A DNA stretch of 64,000 nt from an uncultured Acidobacteriota bacterium (lineage in GTDB: Bacteria > Acidobacteriota > Thermoanaerobaculia > Multivoradales > UBA5704), in the NCBI GenBank assembly GCA_963770895.1, contig CAVYRF010000001.1:1472001-1536000 (forward strand), given 5' to 3'. The notes below the pieces were generated by a model. That model made no database searches. It saw nothing but the letters and a program-made list of their open reading frames with translations, and had not been told where the DNA came from. The stretch's first letter is position 1; every line of letters starts with the position of its first letter. This document shows, one piece after another, positions 1-9,966 of the stretch. Both the position numbers and the translations under genes were made by a program.

Positions 1-2
1 CC

Positions 3-851
3 GACCCGACGCGGCCGGAGCTCGAGTGCGTGCGCACCACCTGGGGCGGCACGCGCAGCGTCTACATCCCGGGATCGAGCCTCAAGGGGGTGATGCGCTC
101 GCATGCCGAGCGGCTCCTGCTGAGCGAAGACGTGCGGATCACGCGGACCTTCGAGGGGCAGGACGCCTTCGATCAGAAGGCGCCGGGGCCGGCGGTGTAC
201 CGAGGCAGCTCGCCGCTCGGCCGCACCTTCGGCAACCTTCACCTCAAGGGGCACGTGGCGGTGTCGGATCTGCTGCCGGGAGCGCACGAGGCGGAGGGCA
301 GCGAGGAGCGGGCGCGCCAGGTCGCCCTGGCCAACGCCGTCGAGCAGCGCAACGGCGTCGCGATCGACCGCCTGCTGGGCTCGGCCGCGCACCAGGCGCT
401 CTTCGACCAGGAGGTCGTGGTGCAGGGGCGCTTCGACGGCCGGGTACTGCTGCGCAACGTCCAGCTGTACCAGCTCGCGCTACTGCTCTTGGTGGTGCGC
501 GACCTCGACGAGGGCTATGTGCAGATCGGGTCGGGCACGACCCGCGGCAACGGCTGGGTGCGCGCCGAGGTGCGCGAGATCGTCGTCGAGAGCCGGCGCG
601 GCAAGGGCGATCCGCGAACCTTGCGCGGCGTCGGGTCCTTGGTGGCGGACCGGCAGGCGTACGGCCTGTTTGCCGACGACGAGGTGGAGCTGCCCGAGGG
701 GATGTCGGCGCGGCCGCACCTGGTGTGGGACCAGCTGGTGGTCAGGGGCGGCGAGGCGATCGATGCGCTCGCCACGTCGCTGGTGGCGGGCCCCTGGACG
801 AAGTTCCTGGAGGCGGCACGGCGCAGACGGCGTGGCGAGTGGACGGCCTGA
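3..851 (+). CDS. csx7: CRISPR-associated RAMP, Cas7 group (Csx7/Csm3-like), 5'-partial
   Basis: Frame open from the window edge: DPTRPELECVRT..YIPGSSLKGVMRSHAER, RNGVAIDR, and the G-rich loop IGSGTTRGNG, all Cas7-group RAMP motifs. Confidence 0.85.
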   Translation, partial: DPTRPELECVRTTWGGTRSVYIPGSSLKGVMRSHAERLLLSEDVRITRTFEGQDAFDQKAPGPAVYRGSSPLGRTFGNLHLKGHVAVSDLLPGAHEAEGSEERARQVALANAVEQRNGVAIDRLLGSAAHQALFDQEVVVQGRFDGRVLLRNVQLYQLALLLLVVRDLDEGYVQIGSGTTRGNGWVRAEVREIVVESRRGKGDPRTLRGVGSLVADRQAYGLFADDEVELPEGMSARPHLVWDQLVVRGGEAIDALATSLVAGPWTKFLEAARRRRRGEWTA

Positions 852-879
852 GCCGGACGCGGCAGGCAGGGAGCGAGGC

Positions 880-1305
880 ATGGAGAGCTTGACCCAGGAG
901 GAGACAGGGGGCGGCCCGGCGGCGGATCTGACGCCTAGGATCGAAATCCGCGATCTGCCCGCCGCTCGCCGGGACGCAGAGGTCGCCGCGCTGGACGAGC
1001 CGTGGATCGCCGACGAGGCCGCCTGTGACGCCGGCTTGCGGCGCGGGGTGGGCGGGCGGGCGCTGCGGCCGCGCGGCCTGGCCTTCGACGAGCGCACCAC
1101 GGTGGTGTGGGACGAGGACGGGGTGCAGGTCCTTGCCGCGGGCGCGGACGCCGAGGCGGGCGGGCCTTATGACATCGCGTTGCGCAGCTGCGTCCTGGTG
1201 CGCGACGGTTTCGCGGGGCCGCCGCAGTTGTTCCGCGTCGACTACCTGCGGCGCGGCGCTCTGCTGGGCAGCCGCTACGTCACCGCGGAGGAGCCCCATG
1301 CGTGA
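880..1305 (+). CDS. Small type III-D subunit, Csx19-like
   Basis: 141 aa between two RAMP genes, overlapping the next start; C-terminal VDYLRRGALLGSRY resembles Csx19 ends. Mostly a positional call. Confidence 0.5.
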   Translation: MESLTQEETGGGPAADLTPRIEIRDLPAARRDAEVAALDEPWIADEAACDAGLRRGVGGRALRPRGLAFDERTTVVWDEDGVQVLAAGADAEAGGPYDIALRSCVLVRDGFAGPPQLFRVDYLRRGALLGSRYVTAEEPHA

Positions 1306-2473
1306 TCCCGAGGCGTACAGGGCCGAAGGGCGCAACGATCCGCTCGCGCCCGAGCAGCGCGAGGCGCACCCGTACGACTTCGTGTCGCTGCCGGAGACGG
1401 TTGCCAGCGGCCACGCGGTGGGGCACGACCGCTACCTCGCCGAGCGGCTCAGCGGCACGGTGGTGCTGGAGTACCGGACCGAGTCGCCGCTGCACGTCGG
1501 CAGCGGCGTCTTCGAGACCGCCGAGGAGTGCGGCTTGAGCGGTGGCGCGGCGCCGGTGCGCGGCATCGTGCGCCGGCAGGGCAGGCCGGTGCTGCCCGGA
1601 TCGAGCTGGAAGGGGGCGGTGCGCGCGCGCTTCGAGGCCATCACGCGCTCGCGGTTGGGCGTGGGGGTGCCGCCCCTGCGTTTGCGCGGCGAGCGGTTGC
1701 GGGGAGGGCTCGAGAGGGTCGAGAAGCTGCCCGCGCCGCTCACGCCGAAGGGGGCGACCGGGTCGGTCGCAGTGGTGCTGCCGGCTGACCTGCCGGAGGT
1801 CAGGATGGTGCGCCGCGACGGCGTCAGCGACAACAGGGTACGCGAACGGCTCAGAGATCTGTCGCCCGGCGAGGCGCTCTTCGGCGCCATGGGCTACCGG
1901 GGGCGCGTCCACCCCGCCGACGGCACGATCGAGGGCCCGGCGGCGAGCGTGCCGCTGGGGGTGCCGCCGCTCGAAGGCCCGGCGCTGCACCGCCTCGCCA
2001 AGCCGGGCGCGGCGCGGATCGTCGGCGACCGCGTCGAGATCAGCGCGGTCGAAGGGCGGAAGTTCTATTACGACGGGCCGCTGCGCGACCACCGGATTTT
2101 GGGCCAGGGCGAGGAGGGCCGCGCCGTCCACGAGCAGATCGATCACGTCCCGGCGGGTTGCTCCATCCGGCTCCACGTGTTCGTCGAGTCGGTGACCGAA
2201 GCCGAGATCGGTGCGCTCTTGGTGAGCGCCGGGCGCGGCGAGGACGGCGGCGTCCTGCGCTTCGGCGGCTTCAAACCCGCCGGCCTGGGCAAGGTGACCC
2301 TGGTGGCTGCCGATGCGCAGCTGCGCCGTGGAGCGGGGGGCAGCGGCTGGCGGCGGGCTGCCGCGCCGGCCTTCGACGTCGATGCCGCGGTGGCCGCGGC
2401 CAGGAGCAGCGGCCTGATCGATGCCGGGGCGCTGGCCCAGTTGAACGAGATCACCAGGCGAGAGCGGCCCTGA
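1298..2473 (+). CDS. CRISPR-associated RAMP, Cas7 group (terminal III-D RAMP)
   Basis: PYDFV, SPLHVGSG, LPGSSWKGAVR, LFGAMGYRGRV, GRKFYY and the FGGFKPAGLG glycine loop; GGAGGAG RBS before the ATG. Confidence 0.85.
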   Translation: MRDPEAYRAEGRNDPLAPEQREAHPYDFVSLPETVASGHAVGHDRYLAERLSGTVVLEYRTESPLHVGSGVFETAEECGLSGGAAPVRGIVRRQGRPVLPGSSWKGAVRARFEAITRSRLGVGVPPLRLRGERLRGGLERVEKLPAPLTPKGATGSVAVVLPADLPEVRMVRRDGVSDNRVRERLRDLSPGEALFGAMGYRGRVHPADGTIEGPAASVPLGVPPLEGPALHRLAKPGAARIVGDRVEISAVEGRKFYYDGPLRDHRILGQGEEGRAVHEQIDHVPAGCSIRLHVFVESVTEAEIGALLVSAGRGEDGGVLRFGGFKPAGLGKVTLVAADAQLRRGAGGSGWRRAAAPAFDVDAAVAAARSSGLIDAGALAQLNEITRRERP

Positions 2474-2484
2474 GGCGGACGTCG

Positions 2485-2868
2485 TTGCTCACCAACGAAC
2501 AGGTGCTGTCCAAGGCGGACGTTCTCGCCCGGCAGGTCGTCGAGGGGGATGTCCAGGACAACCAGCTGGCATTCGTCGTTGCCCATCTGAAGCGGCACCG
2601 CGACGTGGCCGCGACGCTCGAACTGCTGAAGAACCTGGAAGTCAGCCCGTTCGCCAGACGCACCCACCAGACGCCTGGTCAGTTCGCCGGCCTGCGCCGG
2701 TGGGTGAGCGCCAGCCTGAGCACGATCGCCGATTGGCAGGATGCCGCCGCCATCGTCGGTTGGGCGCGCCGGCTCGCGGCCTACTACCGGCCCGCCGGCC
2801 AGGGGCGCCGGGGTGGGCGGGCGGGGCGCGGCGGGCCGGTCGGCGGCGGATATCGCGGGCAGCGGTGA
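2485..2868 (+). CDS. Putative Cas11/Csm2-like small subunit
   Basis: TTG start after GAGG; small helical protein ending IVGWARRLAAYY plus a Gly/Arg tail; lies in the operon after the RAMP gene. Confidence 0.55.
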   Translation: MLTNEQVLSKADVLARQVVEGDVQDNQLAFVVAHLKRHRDVAATLELLKNLEVSPFARRTHQTPGQFAGLRRWVSASLSTIADWQDAAAIVGWARRLAAYYRPAGQGRRGGRAGRGGPVGGGYRGQR

Positions 2869-2946
2869 GGGGGCCGGGCGGACCTGAGGCTTACGGTGGG
2901 ATTGTGGCATGTTGGGCGTACCCTTGAGCTCGGACGCTTTGCGACC

Positions 2947-4242
2947 ATGCAAGCTGAATCGGACGTGCCGCGACCGCGGGGGGCCTTGGTTAGTTTGGGG
3001 GGCAGCCCCGAACCGGTGATCTGGGTGCTGAACCGGCTGCAGCCCGAGATCGTGCTGCTGTTCGTCTCGCGCGACAGCTCCCGCGAGGTGGGGCGGGTGA
3101 TGGGCGCGCTCGACTACCAGGTCCGCGCCTTCGATCAGATCGTCACCCCTTCGGCGGAGGTGCTGAGCGACTGCTACCGGGCGCTGCGTCAGGAGCTGCC
3201 GCGGAAGCTGGTGCAATGGGGCCTGCGGGCTGCGGATCTGGCGGTCGACTACACCGGCGGCACCAAGCCGATGTCCGCGGCATTGGTTCTCGCCACCGCG
3301 GATCAAGTCCATCAGTACTCGTATGTCGGTGGTGCGGAGCGCGACAAGGGGGGCCTGGGGGTGGTGGTGGCGGGCAAGGAGAGGGTTTGGTTCGTACAGA
3401 ACCCCTGGAAGGATCTGGCGCGGGACGAGCTGATGCGCGTCGCGGTGCTGTTCCAGAACGTCCGCTACCTGGTCGCCCACGATGAGCTGATGGCGCTTGC
3501 TGAGCGTGCCGACGCCGAGACGCGGCCCTTGCTCGCGGCGCTGGGGAAGCTGGCGTTGGGGCTGGCGCATTGGGACGCGTTTGGGCACGCGAAGGCAGTG
3601 CCTCTTCTGGGCGAGGCCTTCGGCTTCTTCAAGGTCTATGGGTTATCTGTCCCTCATGCGCGATGGAGGAGCTTCGCGGCGACGATCGAAGGCAGCCTGA
3701 GCTTCCTGCGGCGCATTCCCACGAAAGCCGGTCCGGCGCCAGGAGAGGTTCTGGAAGGGGGGCGGGCGGTGGTCTTGGACCTGATTGCCAACGCCGATCG
3801 GCGCGCCCGCGTCGAGCACAAGCACGAGGACGCCGTCGCGCGCTTGTACAGTTGCGTCGAACGCGCGGCTCGGTTCCGCCTGCTGGCCAGGACGCCGGCG
3901 ATCGATAATGAAAAGGTGCCGCCCACGCTGGTGCCGGAGGGCCTGCGGGAGGAGTTCGTGCGGCGGTTTGGCGATGGCTCGAAGCCGGTGTTGAAGCTGC
4001 CTCTCGATGCCAGCTTCCAGCTGCTCGCCGCGCTCGGGGATCCCTTGGGCGCAGCGTTTGCGGCGCGTCAGGACGAGGCACGGATGCTTCTGGCGCTGCG
4101 CAACCGTTCGATCCTGGGGCACGGGATGGAGCCGGTGACGGAGGAGGGGTACAGGCGGTTCAGGGCGTTCGTGGTGGGTTTGCTGGCGGTGGAGGAGGAG
4201 GAGCTGCCGCGGCTGCCGGAGCCTCCGCCGGTGGTCGAGTAG
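2947..4242 (+). CDS. TIGR02710-family CARF-HEPN cyclic-oligoadenylate effector (Csm6-like)
   Basis: CARF motifs SLGGSPEP and VDYTGGTKPMSAAL; DLIANADRR and DAVARLY; HEPN-type RNRSILGHG. Confidence 0.85.
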   Translation: MQAESDVPRPRGALVSLGGSPEPVIWVLNRLQPEIVLLFVSRDSSREVGRVMGALDYQVRAFDQIVTPSAEVLSDCYRALRQELPRKLVQWGLRAADLAVDYTGGTKPMSAALVLATADQVHQYSYVGGAERDKGGLGVVVAGKERVWFVQNPWKDLARDELMRVAVLFQNVRYLVAHDELMALAERADAETRPLLAALGKLALGLAHWDAFGHAKAVPLLGEAFGFFKVYGLSVPHARWRSFAATIEGSLSFLRRIPTKAGPAPGEVLEGGRAVVLDLIANADRRARVEHKHEDAVARLYSCVERAARFRLLARTPAIDNEKVPPTLVPEGLREEFVRRFGDGSKPVLKLPLDASFQLLAALGDPLGAAFAARQDEARMLLALRNRSILGHGMEPVTEEGYRRFRAFVVGLLAVEEEELPRLPEPPPVVE

Positions 4243-4276
4243 GGTAGTGGTTGCGGGGCGGCCCGCCGCGCGCGGC

Positions 4277-4644
4277 TTGTTCCAGCTGCCGCAGATTCCT
4301 TACCAGCGGCTGCGCTTCACCCTCGAGGCGCGTCAGCCCCTACACGCGCCTGTGCGAGGTCTTTATCGAAGGTGAGCCGCTGCCCTTCCTGCGCGGCTTG
4401 CCGACGGCGCCGTGCCCCTACGTCATCGAGCCGCTCGCTGCCGACCACGACGTCCGTGCCGGCGGCATGATCGACTTTGACTTGATCCTGGTCGGCCAGA
4501 TACAGCAACCGTCAGCGCACCCGGATGACCCTGGGCGGCTCCGTCGGGATGCTGGATCTGGAAGGCGACCTCGCACCCTTGTGGACGCTGTTGCGAACGG
4601 CGGAGGTGTTGCCCGTCGACAAGGGCACCACGTTCGGGCTCGGG
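4277..4644 (+). pseudogene. cas6: cas6 remnant with two internal deletions
   Basis: Three out-of-frame pieces: FQLPQIPYQRLRFTLEARQP; PYTRL..PCPYVIEP..FDLILVGQ; YSNRQRTRMTLGGSVG..VDKGTTFGLG (mutated G-rich loop). Confidence 0.8.
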
Positions 4645-5134
4645 CCGCAAGGGCCGCCTCGCGAGCGTCGGGGCCGAGCTCGGAGAGGGTGGCCGCTTCG
4701 CGCTCGACCCACCAGGTGGGGGGCATGCAGAGGAAGCGGATGGCGTCCTGTTCGGCGGCGGCTGGCTGCTGTGAGAAGGCGCCGGGCAGGTAGGCGAAGG
4801 TGAGCGTGCCGCCGTCGCTTGCGAAGGTCTCGTAGCGAAACCCGGCGGAGCGCGGGATCTCGATGCGGAGGGTGCCGATGCCGCGTTCGTCGTGGATGGC
4901 CGGGCGGCCGGCGCGGAGGTTGGCGGTGAAGGCGCGGGCCTGCTGGTCGGTCGCGGCGTAGGCGAGGAGGACCGGGCGCAGGGTGTTGTCGCGGGAGGTC
5001 GAGCCGAATTCCCAGGCGAGACCGGGGGCGGCGACGACGGTGAGAAGGTCGGCGTGAAAGATGCGGGTCTTCTGGCCCTCGCGCGTGGGTTTCGCCTCGA
5101 TCGCCAGGTGGCGGAGGGGGGATGGCGCGGCCAT
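4645..5134 (-). pseudogene. Mobile-element hypothetical protein, 3'-truncated where it meets cas6
   Basis: AAGGAG RBS and protein-like sequence to ~4650, after which it reads antisense cas6; a second fragment of the same gene lies at ~7540-7625. Confidence 0.5.
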
Positions 5135-5154
5135 GTCGAGGTCTCCTTGGAGGT

Positions 5155-5189
5155 CGTGGCGCTCGCCGGAACGGCGAGCGCTCGACCGG
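5155..5189. repeat. 35-bp repeat with a 10-bp stem and GAA loop (copy 2 at 7044-7078)
   Basis: CGTGGCGCTCGCCGGAACGGCGAGCGCTCGACCGG is identical at both sites, each upstream of a minus-strand gene. Confidence 0.85.
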
Positions 5190-5347
5190 AGGGCGCTACT
5201 TTCTTTCTGCTGGTGGTGGGGAGGAGAGGGTGGTGGAGCGGGGAGGGAGGGACGCGGTACGGCCGGCCCCGGCGTCGGCGTCGGCGTCGGCGGTCAGGCC
5301 GGCCGGCGGCGAGAGGTGCCGCGGCGCCGGGCCGAGGGCGGGCTGCG

Positions 5348-6073
5348 CTACCGCCGGGGGCGGTGGGCCTGGGGCAGGAACTTCCAGGTGCGCGCTTCGA
5401 TGCGGGGTGTGCGATGGCGCAGGCAGCCGGTGGCGTCGGTGTAGAAGACTTGGCGGAGCGCCGCGCGGACCCGTAGGTGCCGGCCGGGCTCGACGCGGGC
5501 GAGAGCGGTGGCGAGGTCGCCGGCGGCGACGATGCGGTAGGTCCTGGCGATGTGGCCATCGCCGCTGGCCGGCCACTGGGCTTCGAGGTCGAAGGCGGCG
5601 CAGGGAGATCCATCCACCATGGAAAGGGTCGGGCGGCGGGCGAGCTTGCCGATGATCGGTGCGAGCCGCAGTCTGTAGATGGTCAGCGGACGGCGGTCGT
5701 GGCGGGCGCGGGTGATGGTGTCGTGGGTGCCGTTGCTGGCGCCGTCCCAGAAGGCGACCAGGTGATCGCAGGTGTCGACGATGCGCTGGTTGCGGATGCG
5801 GCCGGCGGCGAAGCGGCCGTCGCGGTCCCAGTCGGCGCGGTGCTCGACGAAGCGGAGGCAGCGCGCCCGCGCGGTGGTGAGGGCCGTGCGATCGACGCCG
5901 CGGGCGTCGCCGGTGATGAGGACGACGCCTTGGGGGAGGGTGGCGACGAAGCTCTGGACGCGAGCGAGGTCGGCGAAGAGGCGCGAGCCGACGACGGCGA
6001 CGCGGTGGCCTTCGGGATGGGTGGAGCGGACGGCGGCGGCGGGGGTTGGCGGGAGGGGATGGAGTGGGTCCAT
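5348..6073 (-). CDS. SLOG (YspA/DUF2493-like) domain fused to an SSB-like OB-fold domain
   Basis: AGGAGG RBS; VAVVGSR..ITGDARGVD..AGRIRNQRIV..LVAFWDGASNGT (SLOG); IIGKLARRP..RIVAAGDLA..LRQVFYTDATG..WKFL (SSB pattern). Confidence 0.7.
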   Translation of the reverse strand: MDPLHPLPPTPAAAVRSTHPEGHRVAVVGSRLFADLARVQSFVATLPQGVVLITGDARGVDRTALTTARARCLRFVEHRADWDRDGRFAAGRIRNQRIVDTCDHLVAFWDGASNGTHDTITRARHDRRPLTIYRLRLAPIIGKLARRPTLSMVDGSPCAAFDLEAQWPASGDGHIARTYRIVAAGDLATALARVEPGRHLRVRAALRQVFYTDATGCLRHRTPRIEARTWKFLPQAHRPRR

Positions 6074-6533
6074 GTCGGAACCTCCTATGGAGGGGCCCGC
6101 GGAGGATTCCGCGGGCCTCACCTGTATCCCCCTTTCTCCCCTGGTTGGCAGGAGTGACCCGGGTCGGCGTCGGCGATGCGCTCGACTGTGAGGACGGCGA
6201 GAGGCTCAACGTGGACGATAGAAATAACGTCCGATCGCTGAAGGTCGGGGTGACGACGGGTCCCTTCCGGTACATGTTCGGAGGGAAGCGGCCGCCATGA
6301 GGAACCAACGGCCCGGATCCAGAGTGGGTTTTTCCCTACGAGGTCGCGGCAGAGAGCCCCGGGATTTGGCGGATCACGGTGACGAGTGACTTACAGCCCG
6401 GCGGGTATGGTTGGTAGGTCAATTTCACAGTCCCGGAATTCTTCGCCGCTATTGACAGCCAGATCGTCAGGGAGGCGGTGTCTTCGACTTCGGGGTCGAC
6501 TGACGCACGAAGTGCCGATCATCGCCGCGTCCA

Positions 6534-6950
6534 TTACGTGAGGGCCGGCGAAGCGCTGGCGGCGAAATAGGCGCGGACCTGATCGTCGGTGTCGCGCCAA
6601 CGGCGGGCGGCGTCCAGGTCTTTGGGATCGGGCTCGAGGGTGGTGGCGTGGATGCGGATCATGAGGTCGCCATGGGGTGAGGGGATGGCGGCGAGGACAC
6701 GGTTGCAGGAGGCGAAGGTTGTGCCGCAGTAGTCGTATCCCTCCGCGTGCCTGCCGCGGAAGGTGAGGCCGGATTGTGCAAGCTCCAAGAGTTGCTCGGC
6801 GCCGCCGTAGTTCACCTCCTCGAAGGTAAGGACGACGATACCGGGACCACAGAGCGAGGGCTCTGTATACGCCGGACCTTCGAATACATGGATCACGCGG
6901 TCGAGGTCGGATGCGACGATCTCAAGGTGAAGGGTAGTCCTGTTTCCCAT
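6534..6950 (-). CDS. Hypothetical protein (138 aa)
   Basis: AAGGAG RBS, ATG, normal composition; no family recognised. Confidence 0.6.
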   Translation of the reverse strand: MGNRTTLHLEIVASDLDRVIHVFEGPAYTEPSLCGPGIVVLTFEEVNYGGAEQLLELAQSGLTFRGRHAEGYDYCGTTFASCNRVLAAIPSPHGDLMIRIHATTLEPDPKDLDAARRWRDTDDQVRAYFAASASPALT

Positions 6951-7104
6951 CTCGTGCTCCTTAGATACGGTTGGTTTGGGGCTCGGCGCCTGGCGAGAGT
7001 GCCTCACCAAAGTGTTGCTGCCCGCGGTTCCGCCGCGAGCCTCCGTGGCGCTCGCCGGAACGGCGAGCGCTCGACCGGGAGGTCGCTCATTTCTTCCCTT
7101 GGGT

Positions 7105-7235
7105 GGGGGTTGGCTGGAGGGGATGGAGTGGGTCCATGTGGGAACCGCTTATGGAGGGGCCCGCGGAGGATCCGCGGGCCTCACCTGTCCCTGCTTTCAC
7201 CCCTGCCACAGGAGCGACCCCGGACCGCGTCGGCT
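7105..7235. repeat. Diverged copy of the SLOG-SSB gene leader (6042-6170) with the gene body deleted
   Basis: Shares GAGGGGATGGAGTGGGTCCATGT..TATGGAGGGGCCCGCGGAGGAT(T)CCGCGGGCCTCACCTGT with 6052-6125. Confidence 0.8.
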
Positions 7236-7682
7236 ATACGCGCGGCTTGGCGGTAGGCGTGGAAACCTCGCCCGCGCCGGCACCTCGACACATAGATGTC
7301 GATACTTGCGTGGCGCCAGATGTCTATTGAACCGGTATATCGTCGCCAGCTCAGGAAAAAGCGCGGAGGCGTTGGTCTACTCTTGTGCAGATCTGAGGAT
7401 GGGCGCCGACTGCGCACGCGTGCGGAATTCATCTTGATAAAATTAAAGAAAGTTCGTTTATGGAGTGCCCTGTGAGATCCAGATGAAGGGTCAACGGCCC
7501 AGGAGGTGCAGACCGCGCCGGGCCGCGCGATGCGACCGGCGGCGCCCATGCGGCAGGCGGCGCAGGCCGCGGCCCGGTGTTGTCGCGGGAGGTCGAGTTG
7601 AATTCCCAATCGAGGCTGGGGGGAGGAAACGACAGCGGACTCCTTTGAGGTCGTGAATGTGGTACTTACGCAGGGGGGCAAG

Positions 7683-8430
7683 ATGCCAGGATTGATGCGC
7701 GAATTCGAAAGGCTCAAGGTGCGGATACAAAGAGCTCAGCAGCATGGGCCTCGCCCCAAGATGACGAGCGTGGTGTTTGCCCAGCTGGACAGCGCTTGGC
7801 ACATCCATCAGACAGCTGCTTTCAAGACAGTGGTGAGTGCGTACATCGAGTTATTGACGTGGTATGTGACGAGAGAGCAGGAAGCCGGCAGCGCTGCTCC
7901 TTCCGACCTTGCCGTACTCGCAGCCGAAACAGACGAAGTGTTCCTGCGCTTGGCAATCGGTTCCATGCATAAGACCATCGATGTCATGGGCGTCAGCAAG
8001 ATCGACCAGTACCTTGAGCTCGTGACGAGCATCGCGGAAAGTGGGATCGCGATGCTTGGCGGTGACGTGGTGAAGCGGTGCTGGGATGTTGTGAAGGCTA
8101 TCAGGGATGCTCTAACCGTCGCAAAAATTAAAGATCGGAAGGTGCGTATCGCCCACGATGAGGTGCTCAGACTCGAGCCTCGATGCAGCTTATGCTGGCG
8201 ACAGCGATGTTGGTTGAAGCGCAGGCAGGATCGATCACTCGCCGCTTTCAGAATCTCGCCATGACAGAGGCGGAGCGATTGGAAGCCTGGAAGAAGCCGG
8301 TGATCGATCGCCTGCTCGAGTTTGAGCCTCAGATTCGGTCGATCTTCGACCAAGCACAGTTGATCAATTTTCCTTCCGAAGGATATTGGCCGCCGCATCT
8401 CCGCCAGACTGTTGCCGCACAGGAGGAGTG
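7683..8430 (+). pseudogene. Hypothetical helical protein, frameshifted near 8180
   Basis: Lower-GC segment; ORFs 7653-8264 and 8183-8431 read as one protein across a frameshift. Confidence 0.45.
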
Positions 8431-8499
8431 ATGTCCGGACTAGCCGTGCGAAGGGCGTGCTCGAGCTGGTTGGCCCAGACGCTTAGACAGTGCCTGCGT

Positions 8500-8610
8500 C
8501 GGCCTTCCCGGTGGCGTCGGTGTAGCAGACCTGGCGGAGCGCCGCGCGGACTCGGAGCTGGCGGCCGGGCTCGCTCCGGGCGAGAGAGGTGGCGAGCTCG
8601 CCGGCGGCGT
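8500..8610 (-). pseudogene. Fragment of the SSB-like domain (paralog of 5348-6073)
   Basis: Nucleotide similarity to ~5425-5530 (CCGGTGGCGTCGGTGTAG..GGCGGAGCGCCGCGCGGAC). Confidence 0.65.
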
Positions 8611-8639
8611 CTTTTTCGTGATGTCATCGCACAGAGTCA

Positions 8640-8795
8640 AGGCTCGAGTTTCACAGCTATCCGGACCAAGATCGGACAGGAGCTTTACAGCCTGCTCTGC
8701 GGACCGGTCGCAGCGGAAATCGCGGCCAGTGAGCGGCTCCTGCTCATTCCAGATGGACCTCTCTGGACATTGCCGTGGGGCGCTCTCGTCCCTCA
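8640..8795 (+). pseudogene. CHAT (caspase-like) domain fragment
   Basis: IGQELYSLLCGPVAAEIAASERLLLIPDGPLWTLPWGAL. Confidence 0.65.
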
Positions 8796-8844
8796 GCCGG
8801 CAATTGCGACCCGTCGATGTATAGCTGCCATGACGTTTGCACGT

Positions 8845-8915
8845 TCGCGCTCAGCACCCGCTATCGAGCGGGCACGAAGGACGAAAAGCTTCGAATTCTG
8901 GACGAATTCGTCGCG
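8845..8915 (+). pseudogene. Transposase/integrase N-terminal fragment
   Basis: RYRAGTKDEKLRILDEFVA resembles a common DDE transposase N-terminus. Confidence 0.45.
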
Positions 8916-9187
8916 CACTCGCCGAGCATTCTTGAAATTTGCGAAAAGCGTCGCAGAAGGAGCCAAGCTCATGGGCTTCCATTTTCCCAGATGGCCAGCT
9001 CCGAACTTTTCAACGGAGGCTCAAGGATTGGCGATTCGCTGCCGCCCGCCGGCTCGTCTTCGCTGAAGCTTGAACGATGGCTGGAAGAAATTGACGAAAA
9101 GCCGCGACGCGGAGCGGCAGGGCGATCTCGAACTTGGCTGGCTTGGCCGGGATGCCCTCCGCCAGGGCGAGGCCGATCAACCGCCGA

Positions 9188-9375
9188 TTATTCGCTCCCG
9201 AAAGGGTCACCTACCACGAAGGGGTTCCTGAATCGGACGCCCGCCAGATCGCGGTCGTGCTGCAGATCTTCGCTCAGTATAAGAGTGGCGCCGGACTGCT
9301 TCGCAACAGCCCATTGCATCGCATCCCAGAACGCCAGGCCGTGCTGCTCGACGGCCCGGATCGCAAGGCGGAGAC
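9188..9375 (-). pseudogene. PIN-domain (VapC) toxin, C-terminal half only
   Basis: HGLAFWDAMQWAVAKQSGATLILSEDLQH..VRFRNPF. Confidence 0.75.
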
Positions 9376-9454
9376 TCCCAGGCATGGCGGCGACGATCGG
9401 AAACAACGTCTGCCAGTCCTCAATGTGGGCCTTGGCCTGGGCGCCGGTCAGCTT

Positions 9455-9770
9455 GCGCTGGTTGCGGATGCGGCCGGCGGCGAAGCCGGCCGTCGCGGTC
9501 CCAGTGGGCGCGGTGCTCGACGAAGCGGAGGTTGCGCGCCCGCGCGGTGGTGAGGGCGGTGGCGCCAGGGCGAGGGCAGGCTGCTCTACCGCCGGGGGCG
9601 GCGTGCCTGGGGCAGGAACTTCCAGGTGCGCGCTTCGATGCGTGGTGTGCGATGGCGCAGGTAGCCGGTGGCGTCGGTGCAGAAGACCTGGCAGGGCGCC
9701 GCGCGGACCCGCAGCTGCCGGCCCGGCTCGACCCGGGCGAGGGCGAGCTCGCCGGCGGCGACGATGCGGC
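9455..9770 (-). pseudogene. Rearranged fragments of the SLOG-SSB gene
   Basis: RIVAAGELALARVEPGRQLRVRAA..WKFLPQARRPRR and TTARARNLRFVEHRAHWDRDGR match 5348-6073. Confidence 0.75.
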
Positions 9771-9774
9771 GCCG

Positions 9775-9925
9775 CCCGACATCAAGGACCGGCAGGAAGG
9801 CCGGCTGCCCTACGACGTAGCAACAGACGTGCTGACGACCATCGAGTGCGTCCGCGAGGACAACCACCTACCCACCAGCGAGTCCCTTCAGCGGTCGGCA
9901 AAGGTCACAGATGCCGAGCGGCGGC
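9775..9925 (+). pseudogene. Fragment homologous to the hypothetical gene at 30897-31238
   Basis: RQEGRLPYDVATDVLTTIECVRED..SLQRSA versus RQEGRKPYDRATDVLGTIECVLED..SLQRSA. Confidence 0.7.
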
Positions 9926-9966
9926 AGTGGTGCTCAGACGGGGAGTTTCGTCTTCCGTCAGATCCG

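Noticed and set aside
6170-6480. Possible gene on the plus strand
   Set aside because: Protein-like but broken by stops, with no start and no recognisable family
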